Positions 1-14,262 of a stretch of 64,000 nt of DNA are shown piece by piece. The stretch comes from Lama glama (lineage: Eukaryota): assembly GCA_028534125.1 (NCBI GenBank), contig CM052817.1, positions 2,792,001 to 2,856,000 on the forward strand. The letters run 5' to 3'. Both the position numbers and the translations under genes were made by a program. Under the pieces are notes generated by a model. The model was given only the letters and a program-made list of their open reading frames with translations, made no database searches and was not told the DNA's origin. Position 1 is the first letter of the stretch. Every line of letters starts with the position of its first letter.

Positions 1-844
1 GGACGAAAACTTGCTTTTCCCTTTGTCACCAGACTAGAGCAGTAGAGCCAGGCAGGTCTCAGAAAACACCCGCCTCTGTCATACTGGTGGGGAGACTGAG
101 GCCCAGGGAGGGCATGAAATGTGCCCACATCGGGTGAGTGAGTAGCACCATGGGGACACAGCCTCACGGCTCAGAGCATCGCAGCCCCTGTCCCCACCCC
201 TCGACCACTACCCGAAGGAGTCCGTCCTGGGCTGGCAGAACAGGAACAGAGTAGACGTGAATCCTGCCCTCGAGGAGATAAGTCTAGGAGCATTTATTGA
301 GCACCACTGCATACATCCAGGACAGGCAAAGGGACTGGTTTCCAGTCTGTATCAGCCAGAGTCTGTGTTGGAAAGTGTCCTTGAGACCATGGGGTCCGTC
401 CAAGTCACAGACTGGCCACTTACCAGCCGTCGGCCTCGAGCAACGACCCAGCTGTCTGAGACTCTGTTTCCTCACCTGTGAAGGGCGAAGATGCTGACCT
501 CACGCAGGGGGACCAAGAGTGACCAGCGAGGCTGCCCGGACGGTGCTCAATTAATAGCACTTACAGCCTCCCGCTGGCTGCTCCTTCACATCCCGTGTCA
601 CCCTAGCACATCCCTTTCTTCCCAGGCCACAGCACACAGGACCCCCTGGCCCATCCCTGCAGGCTCAGGAAATGCCTGTGTGATGATGTCACCTGGACAC
701 ACTGACAGTCACTTACTCAGGCAGCGTCCAGCCTGCTGCCACGGGCGGGGGGGTGGGAGAGGGACGGCACGACTGCACACCGGGAGGCTCTGGGCCCCCC
801 GGCACCCATCCTCCCAACCGTCTATTTCTCTTCGGTTGGTATTC

Positions 845-1030
845 TTTGTTGTTGCTGGAGTGTAGTCAGTTGAGTGTGTTGTGTGGTTCCTGGTGTGCAG
901 CACAATGCTTCGATCATGCATGTACGCACATACATTTGTTTTCGTGTTCTTCCATTATAAATTACTACGAGATATTGAATGTAGTTCCTGCGCTACACAG
1001 TATGAACTTGTTTATCTATCTTATATATAA
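845..1030 (-). mobile_element. L1 3' end fragment (cetartiodactyl/camelid type)
   Basis: Motifs such as gatattgaatgtagttcctgcgctacacag, typical of a reverse-complemented L1 3'UTR. Confidence 0.65.
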
Positions 1031-1203
1031 TATCAACTATCGATTTCCGGCTCTTTCTCAAGTTGGGAAAAATAAAGTTATTATAACTCATTTCTTATTA
1101 GTATTATTACTATTACGGATTGCTTCTGATAATAGAATACCATTGTGTATAATTTAGAAAGTAGCAAAAAATATGCAGACATTTTTTAAGGTCACTCCCT
1201 CAC

Positions 1204-1650
1204 AATAGGTTGGATGGTGGCCCCAAAAGACGTTAAGTCCATGTCTTTACCGCAGACCCTGTGAACGCGAACTTCTTTATCTGGAAAGAGGGTCTTTACA
1301 GATGTAACTACGCTGAGGATCTCGAGATGAGATCGCCCCGGATTGTCTGGGAGGGAGGGCGCTAAATCCCATGACCAGCGTCCCTGTCAGAGGCGCACGG
1401 AGGAGGAGACGGAGACGACCGTGTGATGGTGGAGGCAGAGACTGGAGGGAGGGGGCCACAAGCCAAGGAGCACCTGGAGCCCCCAGAAGATGGAGCAGCC
1501 AGGAAGGCTCCTCCCCCAGAGCCTCCAGAGGGAGCAGCCCTGCAGGCTCCCTTACTTGGACTCCTGGCTTTCAGGACTGTGGAGAATCAGTCTCTGTTCA
1601 ATCACCACGTCTTGTGGTGCTTTGTATCACAGGCCCGGGAAACGAACAGC
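1204..1650 (+). mobile_element. MLT1 (ERVL-MaLR) solo LTR
   Basis: Diagnostic blocks gggtctttacagatgtaa, gaggcagagactggag, ccacaagccaagga, agagcctccagaggga. Confidence 0.8.
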
Positions 1651-2019
1651 GACGCCCACCCCAGCAGTCAGGGCGGCCTTTGTGACAGGTAGGGTGCAGC
1701 CCTCTGGTCTTGAGTCTTGGGGCGCGTATGCGAGCTTGCTATGCAGTTAAGATCTTACTGGCAGACCTTGGAGTATCTTCTTTTTAAAAAGCATGACTTC
1801 ATGAAAATTTTCTCATGTTATCAAATGATTCTTACAGAAGTTAGTTTTCTTCTGATTACAAGCAGGATACTATGAAACATCTGTGTACTTCATAAAATTT
1901 GGAAGATGCAGAAATACACACACAAGGAATAAAAATTATATTTGACCACGGCAAGCAAAGATAACAAACACGTTTGCATTTTCCTCCAAGGTACAAGCTT
2001 TGGTCAGAATCCTGTCAGG

Positions 2020-2435
2020 ACATGTGAACTGGTGCAGCCGCTCTGGGAGACAATCTGGCAGTTTCTTAAAAAAAAAAAAAAGAAAAGAAAAAGAAAAAGA
2101 AAAAAGCTAAACTAAACACACACACATGACCTGGCTATCACATTCCTGGGCGTTCATCCCAGAGAAGCGAAGACTTGTGTTCTCACAAAACCTGCACACA
2201 GTCTTTCAGAGCAGCCCTCCGGGTGCTGGCCCAAAGCGGGGTCGACCGGGTGTCCCAGGTGAATGGTTACGCCACCCGCGGTGTGTCCGTCCTGTCTGCG
2301 CTGTGGACGCTCCCGAAGTGAAGGAAGAAGTTTCTGGAGCACTGATACACGCCACAGCGTCGGTGGCCTCCAGGGCATCCTGCAAAGGGAACAAAGGTCA
2401 ACGTCACAGCATCACACAGCGTGTGAGTCCCTGCG
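2020..2435 (+). mobile_element. Old L1M (MB/MC-like) 3' fragment with internal A/GAAAA expansion
   Basis: ctggtgcagccgctctggga...tggcagtttctt; acattcctgggcgttcatcccagagaa; caggtgaatgg; actgatacacgccacagc. Confidence 0.65.
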
Positions 2436-2439
2436 AGGG

Positions 2440-3150
2440 GGAGCCGCCCCCCACGCGCTGACCGCCCCGGGGTCACCGGGGCGCGTCTGCGGGGAGCGGG
2501 GAGCCACGCGCTGGGTCCCAGCCCGCGCTTCCTCCCCGGGGCCTCAGCTCCCGGCAGGGCTGCGGCCCCAGGGCCCCTGAGGCACTTCATCCTGAGAAAG
2601 CCGGGCTCTCGCCCTGCGCCCGGAGCGCGTGCGGGGCGTCAGAGCAGGGACTCCCGAGCGCGCATTTGTCACACGCAGGTAACAGCAGCCGCCTGGCAGC
2701 CCCTGCGGCAGGAAGTCCAGCAGATACTCGCTTGGTGGAAGAAATACATGCGAATAACTCATGGCAAAAAATATGACCCCGGAAAAAGGAGCTTAAGGGA
2801 TTTCTGAGAAGAGAAAAGAACATGCTGTTCTGTGTGGAAGTTCTCCAAGTTTCCCTCCACGTGGGTTCAAAGCCCTTTCTCAGCGTAACAGCTCACACCT
2901 GCTGCGTGTCCCCCAGCCCCGACCCCTGGGGCCCAGCCTCCTCCCTGGCGGCCTCAGCCCGCACCGGAGGCCTTCTCCCGGCCCCGCCTCCACGCAGGCC
3001 GCCTCTCACCCGCGCCTCCGGCGCTGAGCCTCCGGGCAGCCGCCCTGTGCTGCGCAGCACCGACGGTGAATGGCCCCGCCCCGGCCTCACAGTGAGCCAG
3101 ACCCTGGCAGGCAAACGGCGGCGACAGTCTAGGGTGGTGAGCGCCGCATG
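2440..3150. promoter_or_regulatory. Intergenic CpG-rich island downstream of SH3TC1
   Basis: Dense CpG blocks at about 2440-2720 and 2890-3150; no recognisable exon. Confidence 0.5.
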
Positions 3151-4120
3151 GTAAGGGGTAGAGAGCCAGGGAGGGTCCCAGCTAGGAGGCCATGATGCCA
3201 GGAAAGGCTTTTCAGAAGGGGCCACTCACAGTGGGTCCTGAAGGGTCAGTAGGGGCCCACCAGGCAGGGACGGGAGCACGCACGTGCAAAGAGGGCGTGG
3301 AGGGCAGGTGTGGCCTGGAGTCATCCCTGTCAAGGCTTTTTCCAGGAAAAGACAAGAACAGCGCTGTTTGCTGAGAGCTTGTACTTCGCCACCCACCCTC
3401 CCGCGACCCTTGCGGGACGCCTGGAATGGACATCATTATCCACATTTTGCAGGTGAGGAACCACAACTCCGAGGGAGTGACTTGCTCACAGGCGTGCAGC
3501 TCTGAGCATCAGAGCCGAGACCCCTTGGGCTGTGTGCCCTTGGACACGTCCCACCAGGGCCCTAGATCCCTCACGTGGCCAGGGGGATGGTCGAAAGTGC
3601 CAGGAGCCCCGAACAGCTGCCTTCTGAGGCCTGTCTGTCCCTTTAAGCGGCATTTCTCGGGGATGCTGCTTTCTGAACCCCGGGGAAGGCAGCGGGGCGG
3701 CGGACCTGGGCGGTCCTTGCTGCCATCTTCCCCCAGTCCTCTCCCTCCCTCCCTCCCTCACACACACACACACATACACACACCCCCCAAAGGAAGCGAA
3801 ACCCAGCTCTCAGACCCCAGACCCCAGACCCAGAACAAAGCAGCCCTCGAGGGCAGACGGATCCTCACCCAGCAGTCTGAGGACCTGAGCTTCCCAGAGG
3901 AAGCCCGCCAGCCCCGACCTGTGTTCCTGTCTCCTGCAGGGCCTTCGGCGCCCACACAGGACCTGCGTCCCCAGGCTCCAGGCCACCCCCTTCCCTCCCT
4001 GTGGGGCACTCTCCTGCCTGCCCCAGGCTGCCGGTGTGGAGGGGACAGCTGCCTCCGGCAAGTATCTTCTCCAAGCTTGTGGCTTGTTTTTCTGCTGTGT
4101 CTGAGCTGTCTTTTTAAAAA

Positions 4121-4275
4121 TTTTTCTTAATTTTTGTTTTATTTATCTTTATTTGGCGGGTGGAGGTAATTAGGTTTATTTATTTATCTACTATTTTTAG
4201 TGGAGGTACAGGGGATTGAACCCAGGACCTCATGCATGCTAAGCATGTGCTCTACCACTGAGCTGTACCCTCCCC
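4121..4275 (-). mobile_element. tRNA-derived SINE, Vic-1-like (camelid)
   Basis: Reverse complement reads GGGGAGGGTACAGCTCAGTGGTAGAGCAC...GGTTCAATCCCC (A and B boxes), then ATTACCTCC and an A-rich tail. Confidence 0.8.
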
Positions 4276-4279
4276 GCTG

Positions 4280-5420
4280 GTATATAATTCTAATGGAGAC
4301 AAACATCAGCCTTCTCCTCTCCTGCTATTTGTGTCTTGTTAGAGACATACCTTGCCACCCTGGCTCATGAAACTATTCTTTTTTTTTTTTTTAAGAGGTT
4401 CACATCACTTCCACTTCCCGTATTTTGGTTTTAAATCAGGAATGGGTATTTGAGGAGGCTGTGAGGTAGGGATTCCGTTTCAAAGGTGGGCAACGAGGAG
4501 TCCCTCTGTGGTTACTGAAGCAAGCGACTTCTCCCAGAAGCCCTGCACACTTTGTACCACGTCCACATGCTGGGTAGTTCTACTCTAGGCTTTCGATTTT
4601 TCCCCATAATTATTTATTTATCCCTGTCTCAACGTGACCCTGTATTCATGAAATAACTTTATAATAAACCATGAGATCTGATCGGCAAGGCCCCCCTCCA
4701 CAATGTTTTCCTCTTTTCTAGGGATGTTGCAGTGTTCCTGAAATTTTGCCTTTCCATGTACATCTCAGCATCAGTTCGTGAAATCTTACACAAACCCTGG
4801 GGGAGTTTTTGGAATTGCCACTAAGGTGTCCACCAATTTGAAGAAAACTGACATTTTGCCACATGGGGTTTTCCTGCCAGGAACACAGTCAGTGTCGCTT
4901 AGGTTCCCTGCTGGGCGCAGCACGTTCTTGATATCCTGGACTGTGCGATTTTTCAAACAGCGCTCCCTGACTCACGGCAGCTGGTCTGCAGGAGAGAGGC
5001 TGGCTTTTCTCCCCGCTCTCTTCCCAGCAAACCTGGCTTCTTATTAATCCTCAGAGTTGTCTGAGACTCACTTGGGGTTTTCTACGCAAACAATTGTATC
5101 ATCGATTAGTAATGGTCATTGTTTCTTATTTAACAGCCTTTGAACCTTTTTCTTTTTCCTTGGTTTGCTGCGTTCCCTGGGACCTTTGACGCAACGCTGA
5201 CTAGAAGTGACGGTGGAGGCCACGGCCTCATCCTCAGCCTCACTGGGAACACGTCTGAGGCTCCACCCAATGTGGTGGGAAACCCTTCTCAGGTTGAGGG
5301 GGTCTGGCCCTTATTTGCTAAGAGTACCCATCAAAGGTGGGGTGAGAGGGCCTGGGAAATTTTCTCCTGCACCCATGCAGGGGGCTCTAGGGTATTCCTT
5401 AGATCTGTCCGACTATTGAC
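4280..5420 (-). mobile_element. Degenerate L1M ORF2 fragments
   Basis: AT-rich patches resembling antisense L1 ORF2 (aatttgaagaaaactgacatttt; gtgacggtggaggccacggcctcatcctcagcctc). Boundaries approximate. Confidence 0.5.
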
Positions 5421-6544
5421 TGGGGATTGGGTTGAGGCGTGAGGGTCTGCGAAGGTCACAAGGTGGGCAGCTGAGCTCACTGCGGCCCCAGCCTCCTAAC
5501 CCGAACCCCCAGGGCCACCCCCCCTAGGCCTCTCCGTCCCAGGCGGGGCCCCTGGAGCGTCCTGGGAGGCAGATGTCCTCTGGTTGGGCCGAGGTCAGGG
5601 CTCACCCACCCCCACGCTCGGCTCCGGGATCCAGGCCCTGCTGGGAGCGGGCACATCTGCTCGTGCAGGACAGAGCATCCTGCGGCGTGCACGCTGCGGG
5701 GCCCTCCCTGCTGGCCTGCTGCCTGGGTAGCAGCCGCTTAGGCTCTGCCCCTTGGGGTGGGGGGGCCTGCTCCTGGGCCTGTCCCCGTCCTGGTGAGGGA
5801 TCTGCCAGCCCTGCTACCCCTCCCGAGGGGCAGGCCCGTCTGGAGCCTGAGACGTCAGTGTTGTAAGAGCCGCTCCTCCCTCCCTTGGACTTCCCTGGAA
5901 TCCTGGCCCTGCCCTCCTCCAGCCTCACGGCCTCCCCAAACTGACAGGTCCCCAGAGATGCCACCCCACCCCGCAGACGGGCCTAGAGCCGCCACGGAGC
6001 CTGCTGCGTGCTCTGGGCAGGACGCTCCTGCTTCCTGGAGACACCCCTACCCCACGTTCCCTCTTCCCGGGATGCAGTGCAAACCCAGCCTGAAGCCACA
6101 AATGTGGAGAAATCCTGGTTTTGGTTCTGGATGGAGGTGAGGGCTGGCCTGGTGAACACAGCCCAGGCGAGCAAGGGCTCTGCTTGCAGCCAGAAGCACC
6201 TGCCCCTGGAGGACAGCAGCGCCCCGCACAGCCCATCAGCCCCAGGGATCCAGGCCTGCCCTAGAAGACTGCCCTCTGCTCAGCGACGGGCGCCCTGAAA
6301 CCGGCTGCCTGGGGGTGCAGCTGGGCTGGAGGGTGGCTGAGAGCCTGGGGCCCTGCACCCCTTAACTCCTGGTGCAGGAGCTGAAACTCAAGGCCTCACG
6401 TGCAGACTTGTGGAGCCTGGAGAGCACGGGCAGGTGGGCATGTGCAGGTGGAGGTCTGCGGGGCAGGACAGCCAGGCAGGCTGCCAAATGTGGGTCCTCC
6501 TAGCTGGGGCTCCGGGCTGCAGGGACGCCTGGGCCGTGGCCTCC

Positions 6545-7010
6545 GTGTTTGTTATCTGTACTTCATAACAAATTACCACACATGTAGTGGCTAAAACCAC
6601 ACCCACTTACCTTCTTTGGTCATGAAGCGGCACAGCTCCCCGCTCAGGGTCTCAGCAGATTGAAATCCAGGTGTCAGCTGGGCTGTGATCTTGCCTGAGA
6701 ATCAGGGACCCCTTCCACACCACGTGGTTGTTGGCAAACTTCAGTTCCTTGTGGTTGCAAGACTAAGGTCCCCATATTGTTGAGGACTGTTGGCCGGGAA
6801 CCGCTCAGCTCCTCGTCACATGGCCCCCTCCACAGGCAGTTCACACCACGGCTGTTTGCATCTTTGAGCCTGCAGGAGAATTTCTGCAGCTTTAAATCTC
6901 TCCCTGCAGGGAAGGTTGGACCCTCTTATAAAGGGCTCGCCTGATTGGGTCAGGCCCACCCAAATTATTATTTGAATAATAACAATCGGCCAAGGAACGT
7001 AATCTTCATC
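6545..7010 (-). mobile_element. MLT1-type LTR
   Basis: ataacaaattaccac...tggctaaaac; caggtgtcagctgggctg; ttcagttccttgtggttg; gattgggtcaggcccaccca. Confidence 0.7.
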
Positions 7011-9184
7011 GCCTTCGGGGAAACCCGAAGCTCAGGGAGGGCAGGGCATACCAGCATATGAAAGACACCCACTGCTGCGTGCTCCAGGACACACCATGTT
7101 GGAGAGAGGCAAAGCCTAGACTTGAACCTACATGGACCCCCACCTGGCTGCCAGCAGACAGGTCACACCAGCTACACAGCCTGTGACTGACAGCCCCGCT
7201 TCCCAGCCAGGGCACTGGACCCCCAAGGAAGCCCGAGCTGACTGCTAGCAAGCTCCCCTACAGGGTATCACAGACGGTGCAGAGCCTCGTCCCGGGGCAT
7301 CCTGCCCCCTGCAGACCCTCGGGCCGGCCTGGACGCACCTCTCCGTGCCCTCGGGAGACCCGCCGCGGCCTGCTTGGACCTTCTGCTGATGGGGGGCTCC
7401 CTCTTCCCTGAGATGAGCTCGCCCACCTCCGGAGACCTCGGCCCGGGAGAGCTCAGCAGAGACGCACCCAGCTCCTGCATCTCCCACCTGGCTGCTGTTT
7501 GGAGGCGATGGACTGCTGTGGCTCCATTGTGATATTGAAGGTGGCAGATGCTGTGCATCCTTGTGATGGTCACCATCCCTCTCTGAGCCTCAGTTTCCTC
7601 ATCCAAAGCTAGGGACCTCAGATGAAGCCGGTGCAGAGAAAGACATGGTCTGCAAGGAGGGGACAGCATGCTGGGGCGGAGCTCCAGGGCCCCTCAGTCA
7701 GAGGTGGGGCTGTGTGACTCTGAGCAGGTTGCTGTCCTGCTCTGTTTGGGAAAGTGGGTGGAGGGCCTTCAGGGAGCATGATTTTATCTCCAGGAGGGGC
7801 CGTTTGTTCCCCATCCCCACATGGGATGCTCAACCTGAGCCTGGAGCTTGTGCACAGTGAGTACACGGTGAACCTGAATGAGAAAGGAGGGGCCCTCTTT
7901 CTAAAACTGGGGCAGTGGGGCTTCTGGGCTGTGTGCCTACTACGTATCGGGCGCATGCCCATCTCACATCCACTCTGCTGAAAGTGGGCCTTGCCGCCCG
8001 GAGCCCCGGCCTTCGAGCAGAGCAGGACTGGAACCCAGGTGGCCTGGGGCCCAAGCTAGCTGGGCGCTGGCCTCCACCCGCCTGCTCCTTACCTCGGCTA
8101 CAAACGGGGTGCTGGCTGGCTGCCCTGTTTTGCGTGCCCACTCTGTGGCCGGCACACGGTCTGTCTTCATGCTCAGAACCTTGAGGTAGGGTTTGTTTTT
8201 GGTTACAGACAAAGAAGAGACTGAGGGTCTGAGAGGTTAAGCGACTTGATAGGAGTGACTCAGCCTTTGGTTCAGTGTTCGGCAGCCTGCGGCGGCTGGA
8301 GCTCTTCCCACAGTAATGAGCGCCGTTAATAAGAAACAGGCAACGCTAAGCCTGGGGTCTGGCACTGAGCTGAGCCCTCTGCTCCTCGAATCCTCAGTTC
8401 AACCCCAGATCCTGAGATTAGCAGCCTCGTTTGAGTTGTGACCAAACGAGCTCAGAGAAGTCAGCTTTCTCAACCCGAACCCCGCAGCCTCTAAATGAGG
8501 GGCTGGGATTTGAACCCAGAGCCTCCTCTGGGCCTCCAGTTCTGCTGCCCAAGAGCAAGGGGTCCCGGGACGCAAGGCTGGGACCCCAGGCGGGAGGGGC
8601 AGCTGGTAGAAGGTCAAGGAAGGCACGGATTCCAAGGCAGGTGGAGGGCCAAGCATGACCGGGCCGCCGGCCCCACCCCACGCGGCCTGGCCGCAGGCCC
8701 AGCCCGGGGACGCTGCCCAGCAGGTCGCTGTCCCCAGAGACGTGCCCTCAGGGCGATCGTGATGGCGCTTGCCTTCATCATGTCTCCATGTTCTCAGTTA
8801 CAGTGCGGACTCCTCCCCACTTTCCAAACCCACCCAGCCCACAAAGAAGGCAGCCTGGGGTCAAGGTTAGATGTTTGTTGGCAGTTCTGCTAGGCTGGGG
8901 AGGCGCCAGTTCTGGGAAGCTCTCTGCTGCCCCCTGGTGGGGGAGGCCTGGGCGGGGTCTGCAGGAGGGGCGAGGGAGTTGGGGGCCCTCCCCAACTCCA
9001 GGACTAGAGGGGGGATGACGAGCTCCCCTGCCCGCCACCCCGACCCCACCCGGGCCTTCCGGGCTCTGCCGCCTCTCCGCCTCTCCGCCTCCCCGCGGCA
9101 CAGAAGCAGACCAGGGCTCGGCCCCACCGGGAGCCCTCTCCAGGCCTCCACTTCCCGCCGGTTGAATGAGGGTCTCGGGGCGGG

Positions 9185-9332
9185 AGACGGGAAGTACGGG
9201 TCTCTTTGGGGACGTGAGAATGTTCGGAGCTGGACAGTGATGGCCGCTCAGCACTGTGAACGTGCTGAATGCCACCAAACCGTTCGCTTTAAAGGGCTCA
9301 TTTTATGTTATGCGAGTTTCACCTCATTAACA
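9185..9332 (+). mobile_element. L1MB-like 3' terminal fragment
   Basis: cactgtgaacgtgctgaatgccac...ttttatgttatgcgagtttcacctca. Confidence 0.7.
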
Positions 9333-10182
9333 AGAGAAGCTTGGAGTAGCGCCCTGGGGTGCGAGCCACCGGGATGCACACAGCCTCGGAGCCTCGGGTC
9401 CCTGTCTGTAAACTGGGGAGCAATTTCAGCCCTGCCTAGATTCCTGGCCCCTGGCTCGTTGCTGGGAAGAAAGGGAGAGGGCAGGGAGGGCTAGGGTAGG
9501 CGGCCCAGATCGGGGACTCCACGCAGGGCTGGAGGCTCTGCTACCTTGCATCCTGAGGGCTGACCAGGGGCTGGAAGTGGCACTGGTCATACTGGGCTGG
9601 AGGACACCGGGATAGGGGAGCACTTGGGCCCCCTTCTCCTGTTTCCATCCCTTTCAGGACACAGACGAAAGGTGGAGAGGTCTGGAACCGTGTACCCGCC
9701 CTTGGGTCCTAATAGAACACATCACTTGGGTCAGGCTGGTGGGGTGGTGTGGTGGTCACTGCGCTGGGCTCTGGAGCTCTGCCCCTGACTCCTGCTGTGT
9801 GACTGTGGGCAAGCACCTGACCTCTCTGTGCCTCCGTTTCTTCAACTGTGAGTGGAGGTAACAGTCCCAAGCTCGCAGGGCAGAGTGAGGACTAAAGGCT
9901 GAGCACAGTGCTGGACACGGTGAGTCCAGGGAAGGGAGAGGGCGCCCAGCGAATCCCACGGCCGACTGTCTCTGCTTTAACAGGCAAGAAAACGGGTTTG
10001 AAGGAAGGACGTGCCCGAGGCTGCATGGTGAGTGGCCGGCTGGGGAACCTGCCCGCACATAGCTGAGGTCGGGGTGCAGCAGCAGGGTGGACCCCAGGGC
10101 TAGAGCCTGGTCCCCAGATGCTCCCCAGGAGGCAGCCCAGGGAGGGGACCCTGCAGACTCCAGGACATTTCTGGAAAATCCA

Positions 10183-10188
10183 TTTATT
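10183..10188 (-). terminator. SH3TC1: Polyadenylation signal AATAAA of SH3TC1 (short 3'UTR)
   Basis: TTTATT on the + strand, about 92 nt downstream of the stop codon. Confidence 0.8.
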
Positions 10189-10280
10189 TCTATTTGGCCC
10201 CGAGCATCGTGCCTCTGTTTCCCAGAATGAGCCACCTGAGACACTGGGACAGACCGAGGCCACGTCTGCAAAGATGGGGC

Positions 10281-10931
<651 letters not shown>

Positions 10932-12643
10932 TCACCCCTGGGGCCTCTGGGGGGATATCTACAGCTTCCCCTGGAGCTGAAGTGGGTCTGACCAGTTGCT
11001 CTGAGGCCCCCGGCAGGGCCCGCCCCATGGCATGACACCTGCAGCACATGTCCACACCGATGCCCACACGGCCGCCTTCCCCGGGCCAGGCCAGAGCAAA
11101 GCACCACACAGGTGTCAGCTGTCCGCATCCCCTGCAACCCTGAGGGGGCGTGACTCCCCCCAGGACATGGGCTCCCATATCAGATGCATCTTTGCCTCAA
11201 ACCCAACATCCCCAGGCCGGGATGTCCTCCCAAACATAGCCTGTCCATTCCTGGGTTTACCATGGCTCCCAGGACCAAGGACAAAGTCCAGAGTCACCAG
11301 CCCTGGCTCCTCACTGCCCCCCATGCAGAGCAAGGACCAGAAGAAAATTGAAGCAGGTAAGTGAAGCAATTCAGTGAATACGGTCCCAGCGCCGACCATG
11401 GCCTGGGCCTCGCGTGGAGCCGGAGACACAACTGCTTCTAGGGGCAAGAGTGAGCGCAAGTGCCTGTGCTGGTGCAGAGGGAGGTTCAGCGGCCTGTGGC
11501 AGCCCCAGGAAGCCGGCTCTGCCTGGGGTGGGTGGCAGGGCTTCCTGGAGGAAGGGGCATCCCAGCAAAGAGGAAGGAACTGGCCAGAACAGCCTGGACA
11601 GTACAGAAGGACGTGCATCCCTGTGCACATGCGTGTGTGCACACATGCGTGCAGAAGCGAGTGGGTGGCAGACCCAGGATTCACACATAAATCTTTCCTA
11701 TTCCAAACCTTACCACACACAGGCTAAAGGCAGCCTGTTTCAGGGAGACCAGCAGCAAGACGCCGTGAGCCCCTCGACCCCAGAGCAGCCCTCTCTTCCT
11801 CCTCCTGCCCCGTCCCAGGCAGTGGAGCCCCTGGGTCACACGCAGGGCACAAGGTGACCTCTCTCCCTCCTGGACCCACGGAGCATGGCGCTGGTGGTCC
11901 TGACGGAATTCCGAAGCCTCAGCGCGGTCAAGGCAGCCTGGCCCTGACTGAGCAGTCACGGCAAAGCTGTGGTGGTCGTGCAGTCTGGGAAGCCCATTTG
12001 GAAGGAAGCGGGGGGTTCTCTGCTCTCTGGCCTCAGCCGCAGCCCTGCCCTTTCCTTCCTCCTGGGAGTGACTGCGGACAGATCACCTGGAGGGAGCGAG
12101 AGCTCTGCCTGGACTTAGCTCAGACGCCTGGGGCCTGGAGCTGGCCCTGGCCCGGCTCCCTCAGCCCCACCCTGGGCGACTCTGCTCACCTCCCCAGCCT
12201 CAGTTTCCCCTTCTTGTTTTGAGCTGAGGGATCTCAGCACAGCTCAGAGCTGAGATACTGACCCAGTCGCTCTGAACGCGGGTGGTACATGCTGGCTGCG
12301 GCCCCACCCTCAGACCGCCCAGGGGCAGAGAGAGCTCAAGGCGTCGAGCCCAGGTGAGATCGGCCACAGTCCTGTTCCACCACCAGACTCCAAGCCCAGG
12401 AAGGTGGGCACTGATGCGGAGAGAGTGAGCAGGGTTGCAGGGTCCTAGGGTCACACGGTGTGGGGTCCCAGAGTCCCAGGCCCACACGGCCACAGGGATG
12501 CAGGGTCCTGAGCACTGAAGCCCCCCACGTTCTCCTAATCCTATCCAAATTAGCTGACGGTGCCGAGCCTCAGTCCCCTGTCTGTCCTATGGGGGTACCA
12601 GCTCCTCCTGCAGCAAAGCATTTGAAGAACCAGTTACACGAAT

Positions 12644-12745
12644 CCTGGACACAAAGAGCCTGAACAGTACAAGCCTGGACTGTACAGAGCCTGGATCACA
12701 CAGGGCCTGAGCCACGTAGCGCCTGGACTGCTCAGGGTCTGGACC
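12644..12745. repeat. Degenerate tandem repeat, period about 15-16 bp, core GCCTGGA
   Basis: cctggacacaaagag / cctgaacagtacaag / cctggactgtacagag / cctggatcacacaggg / ... Confidence 0.75.
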
Positions 12746-12818
12746 TCAGTGGGGCTCAGCTGCAGTGGTCACGGCTGCCCGTGGAATCCTCCAGCGCTGC
12801 CTGGCTGACATAGAAGGA

Positions 12819-12852
12819 TGCAGTGACTACTTCTGACCACCAGGTGTCGCCA
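12819..12852 (+). promoter_or_regulatory. Candidate CTCF site with upstream (ZF9-11) module
   Basis: TGCAGTGAC + 6 nt + TGACCACCAGGTGTCGCCA, compared with consensus TGGCCACCAGGGGGCGCTA. Confidence 0.6.
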
Positions 12853-13629
12853 GTGCATAGGCAGGCAGGGGTTGGGGTTACCGACCAAGTGGGGGTCCTC
12901 CAGGGCCTCCCCAGCTCCTAGATGCCATTCGTTGGGTAGGGGGAGGGGGAGAACTCAGCACCTGGGCTGGGGCACCCTCACCCCTCAACCAACACGAGCA
13001 GGGACGCCGTGCTGGTGCAATGCTAGACCCGGAATGGGGGAGATGGGGGGCCTTCTGCCCGTGCAGGGGGAGCGATAGCGGAGACATTTCCAGACCCTCA
13101 TCTGCGTCCACTGCGAGGCTCAGAGATGGATGAAAAATAGGTCCCAGCTCCTAACCGTCCAGCTCCGACAGGGCAGGGGCTCAGCCGGGGTGCTTGTGGG
13201 GTGGGGTGTCCCTGCTATGAAACTTGGGGCAGGTCGCACCCCACCTCAAGCCCCAATCTCCCTCTCTGTGAACTGGATTGCCGTCCAGGCAATGTGAGGA
13301 TCCTAGGAGGGGAAGAGCTCCACACAGGCTGACAGGCTTCCTGGAGGAGGTGCCAGGGTTTGTGCTGGGTCATGGGTCTCTGGGAATAATGATGACCCTT
13401 CCCCTGCCCTGGGAGTGTCTTCAGCCCACTATTTTTGTGGCTAACTCCTGCTTGACTTTCGAGACTTAATTTTGCAGTCACCTCCTCCAGAAGGCCCCCC
13501 ACCCCTACTACACTCCATTTTGTTTGTCCTTTACCTGATGGCTGCTGTCCGCACTGTCACATTTACATGTCAGCCACCCTCACTGACCCTCAGCTCCTGA
13601 GGGCCAGGTCTGACCCGCACAGGAGCTCA

Positions 13630-14262
<633 letters not shown>

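Noticed and set aside
1..3200. HTRA3 first exon expected downstream by synteny
   Set aside because: No signal peptide/IGFBP/Kazal-like cysteine pattern in the minus-strand ORFs; the gene probably starts outside the window.
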